The position numbers and the translations under genes are program-made. 64,000 nucleotides of DNA from an uncultured Alphaproteobacteria bacterium (GTDB taxonomy: Bacteria; Pseudomonadota; Alphaproteobacteria; RF32; CAG-239), in NCBI GenBank assembly GCA_934229625.1, contig CAKQDU010000004.1:27295-91294 (forward strand), given 5' to 3'. Positions 37,482-46,093 of this stretch are shown one piece after another (the first letter of the stretch is position 1; each line of letters starts with the position of its first letter). Below the pieces are notes generated by a model. The model ran no database searches, was not told the DNA's origin, and saw only the letters and a program-made list of their open reading frames with translations.

Positions 37482-38750
37482 ATGGAGTTAAAAATAATGG
37501 AATTAGTAGCTATTAAAGATATGTGCGCATCTTGGAATGTCTCCTCTAGACGTATTACGAAGCTATGTGAAGAAGGTCGAATAATTGGAGCTCAAAAAAT
37601 TGCAGGAATATGGTTGCTACCAGCACAAGCAAAAAAGCCAAATGATGCAAGGATTAAAAGTGGTAAGTACATTAAAAAAACATCATCTTCAACAACTATA
37701 ATGCCATTTCATTATAATGAAAAAATAAATAAACCATCCCTTGTTTCTCTGTTTTCTGGATGCGGAGGGCTTGACTTAGGTTTTGAACAAGCTGGTTTTA
37801 ATATTGTTTGGGCCAATGATTTTGATGCGGATGCTCAAAGGGTTTATAAATTGAATATTGGCTCAATTGACGGAAGGGATATATTATCTGTTAAAGAAAC
37901 AGAAATACCTAATTGTGATATTTTGACAGCGGGTTTTCCTTGTCAACCTTTTTCAAACGCAGGAAAGAGAAAAGGTGTGCACGATTCTAGAGGTATGCTA
38001 TATAAAGAATGTTTGAGAATAATCAAAAATAAAATGCCTAAAGTTATTGTATTTGAAAATGTTAAAGGTTTATTATCAACAAAATATATTGATGGTAGAA
38101 ATTTAACAGATGTTATTATTGATGATTTATCAAGCATGAATAATGTTGGATATAATGTTGTTTATCAATTGATTAATGCCTCAGATTATGGTGTTCCACA
38201 AAATCGTCAAAGAGTTGTCTTTGTGGGAATTCGAAAAGATTTACATAAAATATTCTCATTTCCTGAAAAACAAGTAAAAAATAAACTAGCCTTAAAGCAT
38301 ATTTTAGATATTCCTAATGATGTTCCTAATCAAGTAGACTGGGGCCTGTCTCCTCAAGCTCTTGAAATGATTGAGTATATTCCAGAAGGTGGATCATGGA
38401 AAGATGTTCCTTATGAACATCTTGCTCCACGTTTCAAAAAGATCAGAGATAATATGAAGAAATATCACTCTCCTAATTTTTATAGACGTTTCTCCCGAGA
38501 TGAGATTAATGGAACTATAACAGCTTCTGCACAACCTGAAAATTGCGGAATAATTCATCCTACGCAAAATCGGCGCTATACAATTAGAGAGGTTGCGCGA
38601 ATACAAACATTTCCAGATAGTTTCAAATTCTTTGATAATAATGCAAAAGATATTACCGCAATGTATAAGGTTATTGGGAATGCTGTTCCTGTTAAATTGG
38701 CTAAAACATTAGGAACGGCTATAATGCAACAAATTTTCTCTGGAGAATAG
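37482..38750 (+). CDS. DNA (cytosine-5)-methyltransferase with N-terminal HTH extension
   Basis: Motifs FSGCGGLDLGF (I), GFPCQPFS (IV), ENVKGL (VI), QNRQRV (VIII), TIREVARIQTFPDSF and GNAVPV (X). N-terminal ~80 aa is HTH-like (VAIKDMCASWNVSSRRITKLCEEGRIIGAQKIAGIWLLP). An alternative start ATG at 37497 has GGAG upstream. Confidence 0.92.
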   Translation: MELKIMELVAIKDMCASWNVSSRRITKLCEEGRIIGAQKIAGIWLLPAQAKKPNDARIKSGKYIKKTSSSTTIMPFHYNEKINKPSLVSLFSGCGGLDLGFEQAGFNIVWANDFDADAQRVYKLNIGSIDGRDILSVKETEIPNCDILTAGFPCQPFSNAGKRKGVHDSRGMLYKECLRIIKNKMPKVIVFENVKGLLSTKYIDGRNLTDVIIDDLSSMNNVGYNVVYQLINASDYGVPQNRQRVVFVGIRKDLHKIFSFPEKQVKNKLALKHILDIPNDVPNQVDWGLSPQALEMIEYIPEGGSWKDVPYEHLAPRFKKIRDNMKKYHSPNFYRRFSRDEINGTITASAQPENCGIIHPTQNRRYTIREVARIQTFPDSFKFFDNNAKDITAMYKVIGNAVPVKLAKTLGTAIMQQIFSGE

Positions 38751-38752
38751 AT

Positions 38753-40144
38753 ATGGATACGGATAGAGCATACCTTTTAGGTTTGATAATCGGCGGAGGT
38801 ATTTTTGGAAATACTGAAGATGTTTTTAGAATAAGATTACCCTTTAGGCAGTGGGGGTCATATACAGATAATCCTCAAAGGGCAGGACAAATATCCCAAG
38901 ATGTTATGAAAGTAGTCAGCCCTTTGTTTAGGGCTATATATGGTTTAGCCATATCTTATGATGCTTCAGAAAGTGGAGCTTGGAATATCTTATGTGAGGG
39001 AGATTTAACATCTTTAAAAAATGAACTTGAGGATTATGGAATCATCTGTGAAGGTGAAGTTCGAAAGACCGTAAATATTAACAATATAACCCCATTACTA
39101 GTTGATGATAATTTAAAGAGAAGATTTATTGCAGGCCTAGCAGATACAATCGGAAGCACAAGAAGCTCTCATAGGCGCTTTAATAATGAAAAACAAATGA
39201 TTTCTTTTGAAATATCCGGTTTTTGTTTTAATTTTGTATGTTCTTTATGTAAGTTATTGCACAGTATAAAATGTTATCCAGATCAAGTCTTGTGGAATCA
39301 TCCAAATTTTCATTGTTCACAAAATCCATATGATTCCAAATGGAAAAAAGGTTTTAAATTACGAGTTTATTTAGATCAATATGATAAATTTGGAGCTTTT
39401 GCATTCAAATCAAAAGCACAATCTTTGAAACAAAATAGAGCACTTGAAACTATAGAAAATGAAGGAATACCTTGTGAAACACGAGAAATAAAAGCTCCCT
39501 CAATCACTTGTGTACATTGCGATGAAAATAGTATTTTATTACCTCCAGAAATACAAGGCGGACATTATTTACACAATCGCCATATTTGTGCTGTTTTAAA
39601 TTGCCCGCATGCTCCTTTTAATGAAGTAGAGAAATTGATTTCTAAGGCTGAACAATACATTATGCCATTCCCAGTTTTAGTTAAAGGAACTAAAGTTGAA
39701 ATAAATAATATAATAAAACAAGATGATTTATTAAAAAACAGAAACTATACAAAGCAACAATTGCAGATCAAAAAAATATATGAAACATCAATAACTAATA
39801 GTAATAAATTGCTATTTGAAAAAGAAAAAGGAACAGGTTACCCCATAAACAAATTAATTTTAGCAATTACATATTTATTAGCAGCAAAGTCTGGAAAATT
39901 AAATGGTTCTCGTCCTAAAGGTAGTAAAGATGACATTATTAAGGATTACTTAGCTTTATTTCCTGATGCCTCTATAATAATAAAAATTCCAGATTTACTT
40001 ACTCCAATGATCGTTTCTCTAGATAACTATGCAGCACTTGTAGGTCCTTTAAATCCGAAAGCCTATAAAAAGTTAATTCATACAGATGCAAATAATAAAT
40101 ATAAAATATATGTATCCAAGATTACAGAGGAGGATTTAAAATGA
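38753..40144 (+). CDS. hypothetical protein with two degenerate LAGLIDADG-like motifs and a Cys/His cluster
   Basis: 463 aa. RAYLLGLIIGGG (aa 5-16), RRFIAGLADTIGS (aa ~122-134), and CVHCDEN...GGHYLHNRHICAVLNCPH. Starts 2 nt after the MTase stop. Fold assignment is by eye only. Confidence 0.45.
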   Translation: MDTDRAYLLGLIIGGGIFGNTEDVFRIRLPFRQWGSYTDNPQRAGQISQDVMKVVSPLFRAIYGLAISYDASESGAWNILCEGDLTSLKNELEDYGIICEGEVRKTVNINNITPLLVDDNLKRRFIAGLADTIGSTRSSHRRFNNEKQMISFEISGFCFNFVCSLCKLLHSIKCYPDQVLWNHPNFHCSQNPYDSKWKKGFKLRVYLDQYDKFGAFAFKSKAQSLKQNRALETIENEGIPCETREIKAPSITCVHCDENSILLPPEIQGGHYLHNRHICAVLNCPHAPFNEVEKLISKAEQYIMPFPVLVKGTKVEINNIIKQDDLLKNRNYTKQQLQIKKIYETSITNSNKLLFEKEKGTGYPINKLILAITYLLAAKSGKLNGSRPKGSKDDIIKDYLALFPDASIIIKIPDLLTPMIVSLDNYAALVGPLNPKAYKKLIHTDANNKYKIYVSKITEEDLK

Positions 40145-40719
40145 AAAAAAATGAGGTCGCTCATTATCCAGAGATTACATCTTATATCGAAGCTCAATTA
40201 AATAGTAATTTCAGAGTAAAAGGAATAACCAATGTTCACATTTATTGGAAAAGTGGTGAATTAACATCCAAACTGAAAGAATTAATCAATGAGCACCCTC
40301 TCGATTGTGAATGCCTTAAAACATATTGTCAAAATACACCACCTTTAAATCTAGATATTTTCGCAACTATTACTAATGGAAAGAAATTTGTTATCTTAAT
40401 CTTGGAAATAAAATTAAGAACCGCGGTTGGATTGGCAGAATGGTCGCAGCTTGTTGGGTACAATTTTGTGTCTGATGCTCAATACGGTTTATTAGTAAAT
40501 ATTGATGCTGGAGCTAGTAGTCGTTTAATTGGAATATTATCAACAGAAATAGATGCATCAAAAATTGTTCGCATTAAAGAAAATGGAAAAAGAATTGAGC
40601 ATTTATTAGGTTTTATGCAATGGAATACTGTTACACAAAACTTTGAATATAGTAATTTGGGGAAAATTTGGTCTTTATCAGCTTTGAGTAATGAATTAAT
40701 TGCTCAGTTTAATGATTAA
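40141..40719 (+). CDS. PD-(D/E)xK (RecB/Cas4-like) nuclease-fold protein
   Basis: 192 aa. YPEITSYIEAQL, LNLDIFATI, FVILILEIKL (ExK) and WSQLVGY (QxxxY). ATGA overlap with the preceding ORF. Confidence 0.55.
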   Translation: MKKNEVAHYPEITSYIEAQLNSNFRVKGITNVHIYWKSGELTSKLKELINEHPLDCECLKTYCQNTPPLNLDIFATITNGKKFVILILEIKLRTAVGLAEWSQLVGYNFVSDAQYGLLVNIDAGASSRLIGILSTEIDASKIVRIKENGKRIEHLLGFMQWNTVTQNFEYSNLGKIWSLSALSNELIAQFND

Positions 40720-41046
40720 TATTCATTTTTAATTAATTATTACTTATTGCCTTTGGTGGCATTAAGTTAATCGCTTATTTTAAATTTCAAATCGTAGCAA
40801 AATGTCGTTGGCAAGTTGCGTTTTAGGGGCTCGCAATAAAGAAAATACACCGCATAATGTAAATAGTTAATGAGTAAACACTATTTACGAAAGGAAAAAG
40901 TTATGTGGTATGTAAAACTCAACGACACAATTAAAACGCTTGGTTTTATTAGCTTTCATACAAAAAGTCCAATAGTTTATGAAAAATTGCTATTTTCAAA
41001 ACCGTCAAAATCGGCTTTGGCGGGAGCTTTTGTTTACATACAAAAA

Positions 41047-41080
41047 AAGCACCTTAAAAGGCGCTTATCATAAATGGTGC
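41047..41080. repeat. right 34-nt direct repeat (3' flank plus last 6 nt of tRNA-Thr-GGU)
   Basis: Identical to 37202-37235. Contains the post-tRNA hairpin AAGCGCC/GGTGCTT as read on the minus strand. Confidence 0.85.
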
Positions 41081-41149
41081 CATTAGCAAGAATCGGACTT
41101 GCGACCCCGTCATTACCAATGACGTGCTCTACCACTGAGCTATAATGGC
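41075..41149 (-). tRNA. tRNA-Thr (anticodon GGU), CCA encoded
   Basis: Reverse complement is GCCATTATAGCTCAGTGGTAGAGCACGTCATTGGTAATGACGGGGTCGCAAGTTCGATTCTTGCTAATGGCACCA. Folds by eye as a cloverleaf with anticodon loop TTGGTAA. Confidence 0.9.
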
Positions 41150-41308
41150 GTGACTAAACTAAAAACATAATACTTAACAGATGACGGGGTCTGCTCCCCC
41201 GCTTGTCGGTCTAGGCTCGCCGCGGTCGTTTTACTTTCCTTGCTTGCCAAGTCCTTACAAGGCGTTACAGACAAAAATAACAAAAAATTGTTATTTTTGC
41301 TTAGCCGC

Positions 41309-41344
41309 TACCAATGACGTGCTCTACCACTGAGCTATAATGGC
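41309..41344 (-). pseudogene. duplicated 5' half (36 nt, through the anticodon) of tRNA-Thr(GGU)
   Basis: 41309-41344 is identical to 41114-41149. Identity stops inside the anticodon loop. It lies 159 nt upstream (in tRNA sense) of the intact gene. Confidence 0.85.
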
Positions 41345-41523
41345 AACGGCAGAAACTCATCAACTGAAATATCCCAGCAACAAATTTCATATAACAACAT
41401 ACAGATAAGATTTTAAAAATCAATGTATTTTTTTATAAAAGTGCAAAATTTATGCAAAATTTTTACTATTTGTCTGTTATGTTATGCTGTGATTATTGTA
41501 AAAATAAATAGTTAGAGGGAAAA

Positions 41524-43632
41524 ATGAGCGCTAAAAATCCTGAAAAAAAAATAAAAAAATCAGATAAAACAGAGAATTTTGATTTGCCGGAACAGCCTGA
41601 AAGCTGGTTTTCCAACGGCTTACATCGCTTTATGATTGTTTTTAGCGTGATGTGGTTTGGTATTGTTGCCATATATATTACCAAATTTTTCGGCTGGGAT
41701 AATCTTTTTTCTATGATGCCGAATGAATTTAGCGGTTTTATCGCCGGAATCTCTTTGCCTTTGGCAATTGTTTGGGTGGTTATGGCGTATATTGACCGCG
41801 GCAATAGTTTTCGCAATGAGACACAGATGCTGCGCGATTCGCTGAATCGGGTTATTTTTCCGGATTCTAATGGTAACGCCGCAACAAAAATGATTGCCGA
41901 CGCCATAAAAGCTCAGGTTTCCGAATTAAAAGAGACAACACGCGATGTCTGCGCTCAGGCTGATGTGATTAAACGAGATTTAAGTGACCGCATAGCCGAG
42001 ATGAAATCTCTTGCCGGAGAGTTGGATACTTATTCTTCGCAAACAATGCAGGAATTAAATTCTGAAATAAAAAAACTTGTTGAAAATTTTACATTCGTGG
42101 CTGAAAAAGCCGCTTCAACTACAGCAGATTTTCGTGTGAATACCATGCAGATACGCGAGGACAGCGAACAGCTTTCTAATATTATGAAACCAATGGTAAA
42201 TGAGATGGTTACCGCGGCTGAAAATATAAAAGAAGTAGTAAATGTAAACAATGAAAATATAGAAAAAGCTCAGGCTCAGCTTAATAATTATTCTGAATCC
42301 AGTCAGCTGGCAATTGGCAGAATTATTGAATCTTGGGCGGAAAAAGGCGAAAATTTAGAAAAAACTTTTTTGCGTACGGCAGAAAACTGTGAAGAACTGT
42401 TTCATCGTTTGGATTCCGGAATTTCGCATATAGAAAACAGTATTAACGAACAAAAAACCGTGGTCGAGCAACAGTCGGCTATTTTGGATAAAAATTCCGG
42501 TTATTTAGATAAAAAACTCGGCGAATACGGCAAACTAATCAGTCTTGAAGTAGAGGCTATGATTGAACGTTCTAATACTTTAGAGCAAAATATTCAGGCT
42601 CAGATGAAAAATATAAAAGAAGCTTCACGGCAAACTGAAGAAATTTTTGGACGTTTGGGGACGGATATTTCTGATAAGCGTCAGCTTTTGGAAACAGAAG
42701 GCAGCCGCATGGTTAATAATATTCATTTAACAGTCGGAAATTTGGGAGAAGAAGTGGCGCGTTTGCAAGATTTTTATAAAAACACCCAGGATAAAAACAG
42801 CGAATTAGGCAAAGTATTTTCATCTATAGCTCAAACCTTAAAAGAAATGGAAGATGGTTTGCTGGCGAGCGTCAATAACTTCAGCAGCAAAGCTGGAGGC
42901 GTTGTAGATAAATTCAATGATGTAAACACTCTTGTTTCGGGAAATATCGGCAAATTATCTGAGACCGCGGATAATATTGCCAATCAGAGCAAGGCTAATG
43001 CCGGACTGCTGATAGAACAGGATGAATATGTAAATAAATCCTTAGCCAGCCTGAAGCAAATCAGTTCTCAAATTGCCGCTCTTAATAAGGATATGTCGTC
43101 TACAGCCGGTAATGTCGGCAAAACCTTGTCAGCATATGAAAATAAGATGTCGGCTTTCAGCAAGGTTATGGGCGAACATCTGACAGATTTAAATGAAAAT
43201 TATGATAAAACTCAAAAACAATATGATGAATTTAATCAAAAATTTAAGGTTGCCAGCATAGATTCGTTTATGAAAAATTCTGCCGATATTATAAGTGAAT
43301 TAGAAACAATATCCATAGACATCAACAGCATCTTTAATAAAAGCGGTGACGATGAAGTTTTATGGAAAAAATATTATGAAGGCGACCATAGTGTTTTTGT
43401 GCGCTATCTTTCAAAAAATATGACTAAAAAAGAAATTATCGCCGTGCGTGAAGATTATGAAAAAAAGCCTGATTTCCGCGTGGTTGTCGATAAATATCTG
43501 GATGATTTTAATAGTTTGATTGAGGCGGCTCGCAGCAACAACCGTGCCGGTACATTGCTGGCTCTGATTTCCGGTTCGGATATAGGCAAAGTTTATTATA
43601 TTTTATCTCGCGCGTTGGGAAAGGTTAATTGA
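41524..43632 (+). CDS. membrane-anchored long coiled-coil protein, function unknown
   Basis: 702 aa with two N-terminal TM helices (FMIVFSVMWFGIVAIYITKFF; FIAGISLPLAIVWVVMAYI). About 500 aa of heptad-like Q/E/K/N-rich sequence, then a C-terminal globular-looking region (VLWKKYYEGDHSVFVRYL...). Confidence 0.5.
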   Translation: MSAKNPEKKIKKSDKTENFDLPEQPESWFSNGLHRFMIVFSVMWFGIVAIYITKFFGWDNLFSMMPNEFSGFIAGISLPLAIVWVVMAYIDRGNSFRNETQMLRDSLNRVIFPDSNGNAATKMIADAIKAQVSELKETTRDVCAQADVIKRDLSDRIAEMKSLAGELDTYSSQTMQELNSEIKKLVENFTFVAEKAASTTADFRVNTMQIREDSEQLSNIMKPMVNEMVTAAENIKEVVNVNNENIEKAQAQLNNYSESSQLAIGRIIESWAEKGENLEKTFLRTAENCEELFHRLDSGISHIENSINEQKTVVEQQSAILDKNSGYLDKKLGEYGKLISLEVEAMIERSNTLEQNIQAQMKNIKEASRQTEEIFGRLGTDISDKRQLLETEGSRMVNNIHLTVGNLGEEVARLQDFYKNTQDKNSELGKVFSSIAQTLKEMEDGLLASVNNFSSKAGGVVDKFNDVNTLVSGNIGKLSETADNIANQSKANAGLLIEQDEYVNKSLASLKQISSQIAALNKDMSSTAGNVGKTLSAYENKMSAFSKVMGEHLTDLNENYDKTQKQYDEFNQKFKVASIDSFMKNSADIISELETISIDINSIFNKSGDDEVLWKKYYEGDHSVFVRYLSKNMTKKEIIAVREDYEKKPDFRVVVDKYLDDFNSLIEAARSNNRAGTLLALISGSDIGKVYYILSRALGKVN

Positions 43633-43635
43633 CAG

Positions 43636-44598
43636 ATGATTTTTAGCGGATTTGACAGTCCGGTGTTTTTAGCGCCGATGGCGGGGGTTACCGATAGACC
43701 TTTTCGGCAGGTTTTAGCCGGCTGCGGCAGAGGAAATATGTATGCGGAGATGGCTGCTATCAATGCTCTGCAGCGTAAAAATCCGAAAAGTTGGCAAATT
43801 GCCGATGTGCGCTCAGAAAATTATCCGGTAGTTGTGCAGTTGGTGGGAAATGATGCGGCGTTGTTTTCCGAGGCGGCAAAGCTTGTGGCGGATTTAGGCG
43901 CTCGTTCTTTGGATATTAACATGGGGTGTCCGGTTAAAAAAATTGTCAATAACGAGTCTGGTTCGGCACTAATGAAAGATATGCCTCGCGCTGCTAAAAT
44001 TATTGAGGCTGTGGTAAAAGCCACTCCGCTAAGAGTAAGTGTAAAATTTCGCAAAGGTTGGGATAACGAGCATATAAATGCCGTTCCGTTTGCCAAAATG
44101 TGCGAAGAAAGCGGTGCTTCGTATATCACAGTTCACGGACGTACGCGGGCGCAGGGTTACAGCGGCGAGGCTGATTGGAATATCATTAAGGCTGTGAAAG
44201 AAAGCGTTAAAATACCTGTTATAGGCAATGGTGATATAGATTCGCCGCAAAAGGCAAAACAGCGTATGGCTGAAAGCGGTGTAGACGGTGTGATGATTGG
44301 ACGTGCCGTGTTGGGTAATCCGTGGCTCTTAAATCAAACGCATGAATATTTACAGAACAATATTTTGCCGTCCGAACCTACGATATTGCAAATAAAAGAA
44401 ATGTTGCTTAATCATTTGCGTTTATTGGCGGAATATTATGGAGAAAAATCCGGAATCGCCATATCTCGCAAACATGTAGGTTGGTATGTCCGTAGTTTGT
44501 ATGAAGCTAAAAAGTTTCGTGAGCAATATACAAAAATTGCAGATTTTACAACGGCGGAAAAGCTTATAAATGATTATTTTTCAGGGTTGGAAGCATGA
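43636..44598 (+). CDS. dusB: tRNA-dihydrouridine synthase B
   Basis: FLAPMAGVTDRPFRQ, DINMGCPVKKI, VKFRKGWD and ITVHGRTRAQ(G)Y; typical Dus family, 320 aa. Confidence 0.9.
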   Translation: MIFSGFDSPVFLAPMAGVTDRPFRQVLAGCGRGNMYAEMAAINALQRKNPKSWQIADVRSENYPVVVQLVGNDAALFSEAAKLVADLGARSLDINMGCPVKKIVNNESGSALMKDMPRAAKIIEAVVKATPLRVSVKFRKGWDNEHINAVPFAKMCEESGASYITVHGRTRAQGYSGEADWNIIKAVKESVKIPVIGNGDIDSPQKAKQRMAESGVDGVMIGRAVLGNPWLLNQTHEYLQNNILPSEPTILQIKEMLLNHLRLLAEYYGEKSGIAISRKHVGWYVRSLYEAKKFREQYTKIADFTTAEKLINDYFSGLEA

Positions 44599-45962
44599 AG
44601 ATTGTTATTGGCGGCGCATCGGGTGTCGGTAAAAGTTTTGTTGGGTATTTGAGTTTAGGCAATAACGATATTGTGGTTGTGGATGAAGATGCCGCAAAAT
44701 TGGATGATATCGCTAAAGAATATGATATTCAGCCCGTTACCGGTTCAATATCAAATCCTGATATCCAAGAAGCTGTCGGGATGAAAAAAGCTGATATGAT
44801 GATTGCTGTAACCGAAAGCGATGAGGTTAATCTGGTGGCGTGCCAAGTGGCATATACCTTGTTTGGCGTGCCGCGAAAAATAGCTCGTGTGGATTCGCAG
44901 TATTTTCTTAATCCGTTGTGGAATAAGCTTTATAATGAAAAGAGCCTGCCGGTTGATTTAGTGATTACTCCGGATATTGAAATCGCTTCGTTCTTGGTTG
45001 GTTTGTTTAAGCTGCCAGGAAGTATGGCTGTTTATCCGTTTTTAAATAAGGAATTAAATATTTTTAATTTCCGCCAAAAAGACACGGATATACCTTTTAT
45101 GAAATTTTCGCTTAATCACATAAACAGCAAATTAGCCGAATTATCGGCAGCGGTGGTGATGATTCTTCGTGGAAACCATCGTATTTTGGCTTATGAGGAA
45201 GACGTTTATTTGCAACGTAACGACATTATTTACATTGCATGCTCTCCCGAACGCAATATAGATGTAATGCGATTGTTTGGCGTAGACCATAATCCGTATG
45301 AAAAAGCTGTGATTTTCGGTGCAAATGCTATTTCTCGTTATTTAGCCGCACAGCTGGAAGATGATGAAAATATCATAAGCTGTAGTATTGTCGAAAATGA
45401 TATGCAAAAAGCCCATCGTTTGGCCGAAAAGTTGAATAAGGCCACGGTGATTGCCGGAGAAATGATGAGTGACCGTATTTTAGAAGACGCCGGCTTTGCA
45501 ACTGCCGATGTCAGCGTGGCAGTTACCGAAAAAGATAAAGATAACCTCCTGATTTCTTTGCTGGCTTCCAAAAACAAGGATACTCAAGCTGTTTCGCTTA
45601 TAAATTCGCGTGAGTATAATTTATTGGCAACAAATATCCGCAACAACACTATTATAGACTGTTCGGTTATTACAGTTTCCGGCATATTGCAATATTTACG
45701 CCGCGCCCGTATAAACGAGGCATACGCGCTAGGGCGTGAAATGGGAGAACTTTGGGAAATTCGTTTGGGCGAAGACAGCAGTAATGTCGGGCAGACCATA
45801 AAAGAGCTTGGATTGCCGGAAAACAGCGCCGTTTTGGCAATAGCAAGCGGTGAAAATTTTATTTATAACCCTACAGATTATGAGCTGAAAGAACAAGACA
45901 GGCTTATTGTGTATGTTTCGCCTGCGGATATCAGAAATGTTGAACAGGTGTTTTATCGTTAA
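44595..45962 (+). CDS. trkA: Trk potassium uptake system protein TrkA
   Basis: 455 aa with two RCK/NAD-binding halves (MKIVIGGASGVGKSF...; VIFGANAISRYLA...). ATGA overlap with dusB. Confidence 0.85.
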   Translation: MKIVIGGASGVGKSFVGYLSLGNNDIVVVDEDAAKLDDIAKEYDIQPVTGSISNPDIQEAVGMKKADMMIAVTESDEVNLVACQVAYTLFGVPRKIARVDSQYFLNPLWNKLYNEKSLPVDLVITPDIEIASFLVGLFKLPGSMAVYPFLNKELNIFNFRQKDTDIPFMKFSLNHINSKLAELSAAVVMILRGNHRILAYEEDVYLQRNDIIYIACSPERNIDVMRLFGVDHNPYEKAVIFGANAISRYLAAQLEDDENIISCSIVENDMQKAHRLAEKLNKATVIAGEMMSDRILEDAGFATADVSVAVTEKDKDNLLISLLASKNKDTQAVSLINSREYNLLATNIRNNTIIDCSVITVSGILQYLRRARINEAYALGREMGELWEIRLGEDSSNVGQTIKELGLPENSAVLAIASGENFIYNPTDYELKEQDRLIVYVSPADIRNVEQVFYR

Positions 45963-46093
45963 ATACTTCAAAATAAAGCTTAAAAACTCTTGAAATTTTA
46001 AAAAAATGCGCTATTGTTAGGCAACTTTAAGCACGTGTTACTTATGTTACACGTAGCTTTTTTGTGGAGATTTTATAAAAGGAAAATTTAATA

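Noticed and set aside
40870-41073. 67-aa ORF at the right end of the islet, plus small ORFs at 33666-33887, 33909-34106 and 36880-37071.
   Set aside because: No convincing RBS and no motifs. The 40870 ORF runs into the direct repeat and the tRNA terminator. The others are short hydrophobic ORFs in AT-rich spacers. They may be real but are unsupported.
41150-41308. Spacer between the tRNA-Thr 5'-half copy and the intact tRNA as a group I intron, tmRNA piece or other known RNA gene.
   Set aside because: It is too short for a group I intron and is followed by a complete tRNA rather than a 3' exon. I saw no tmRNA-like T-arm/acceptor or tag ORF. It is better explained as an integration scar.
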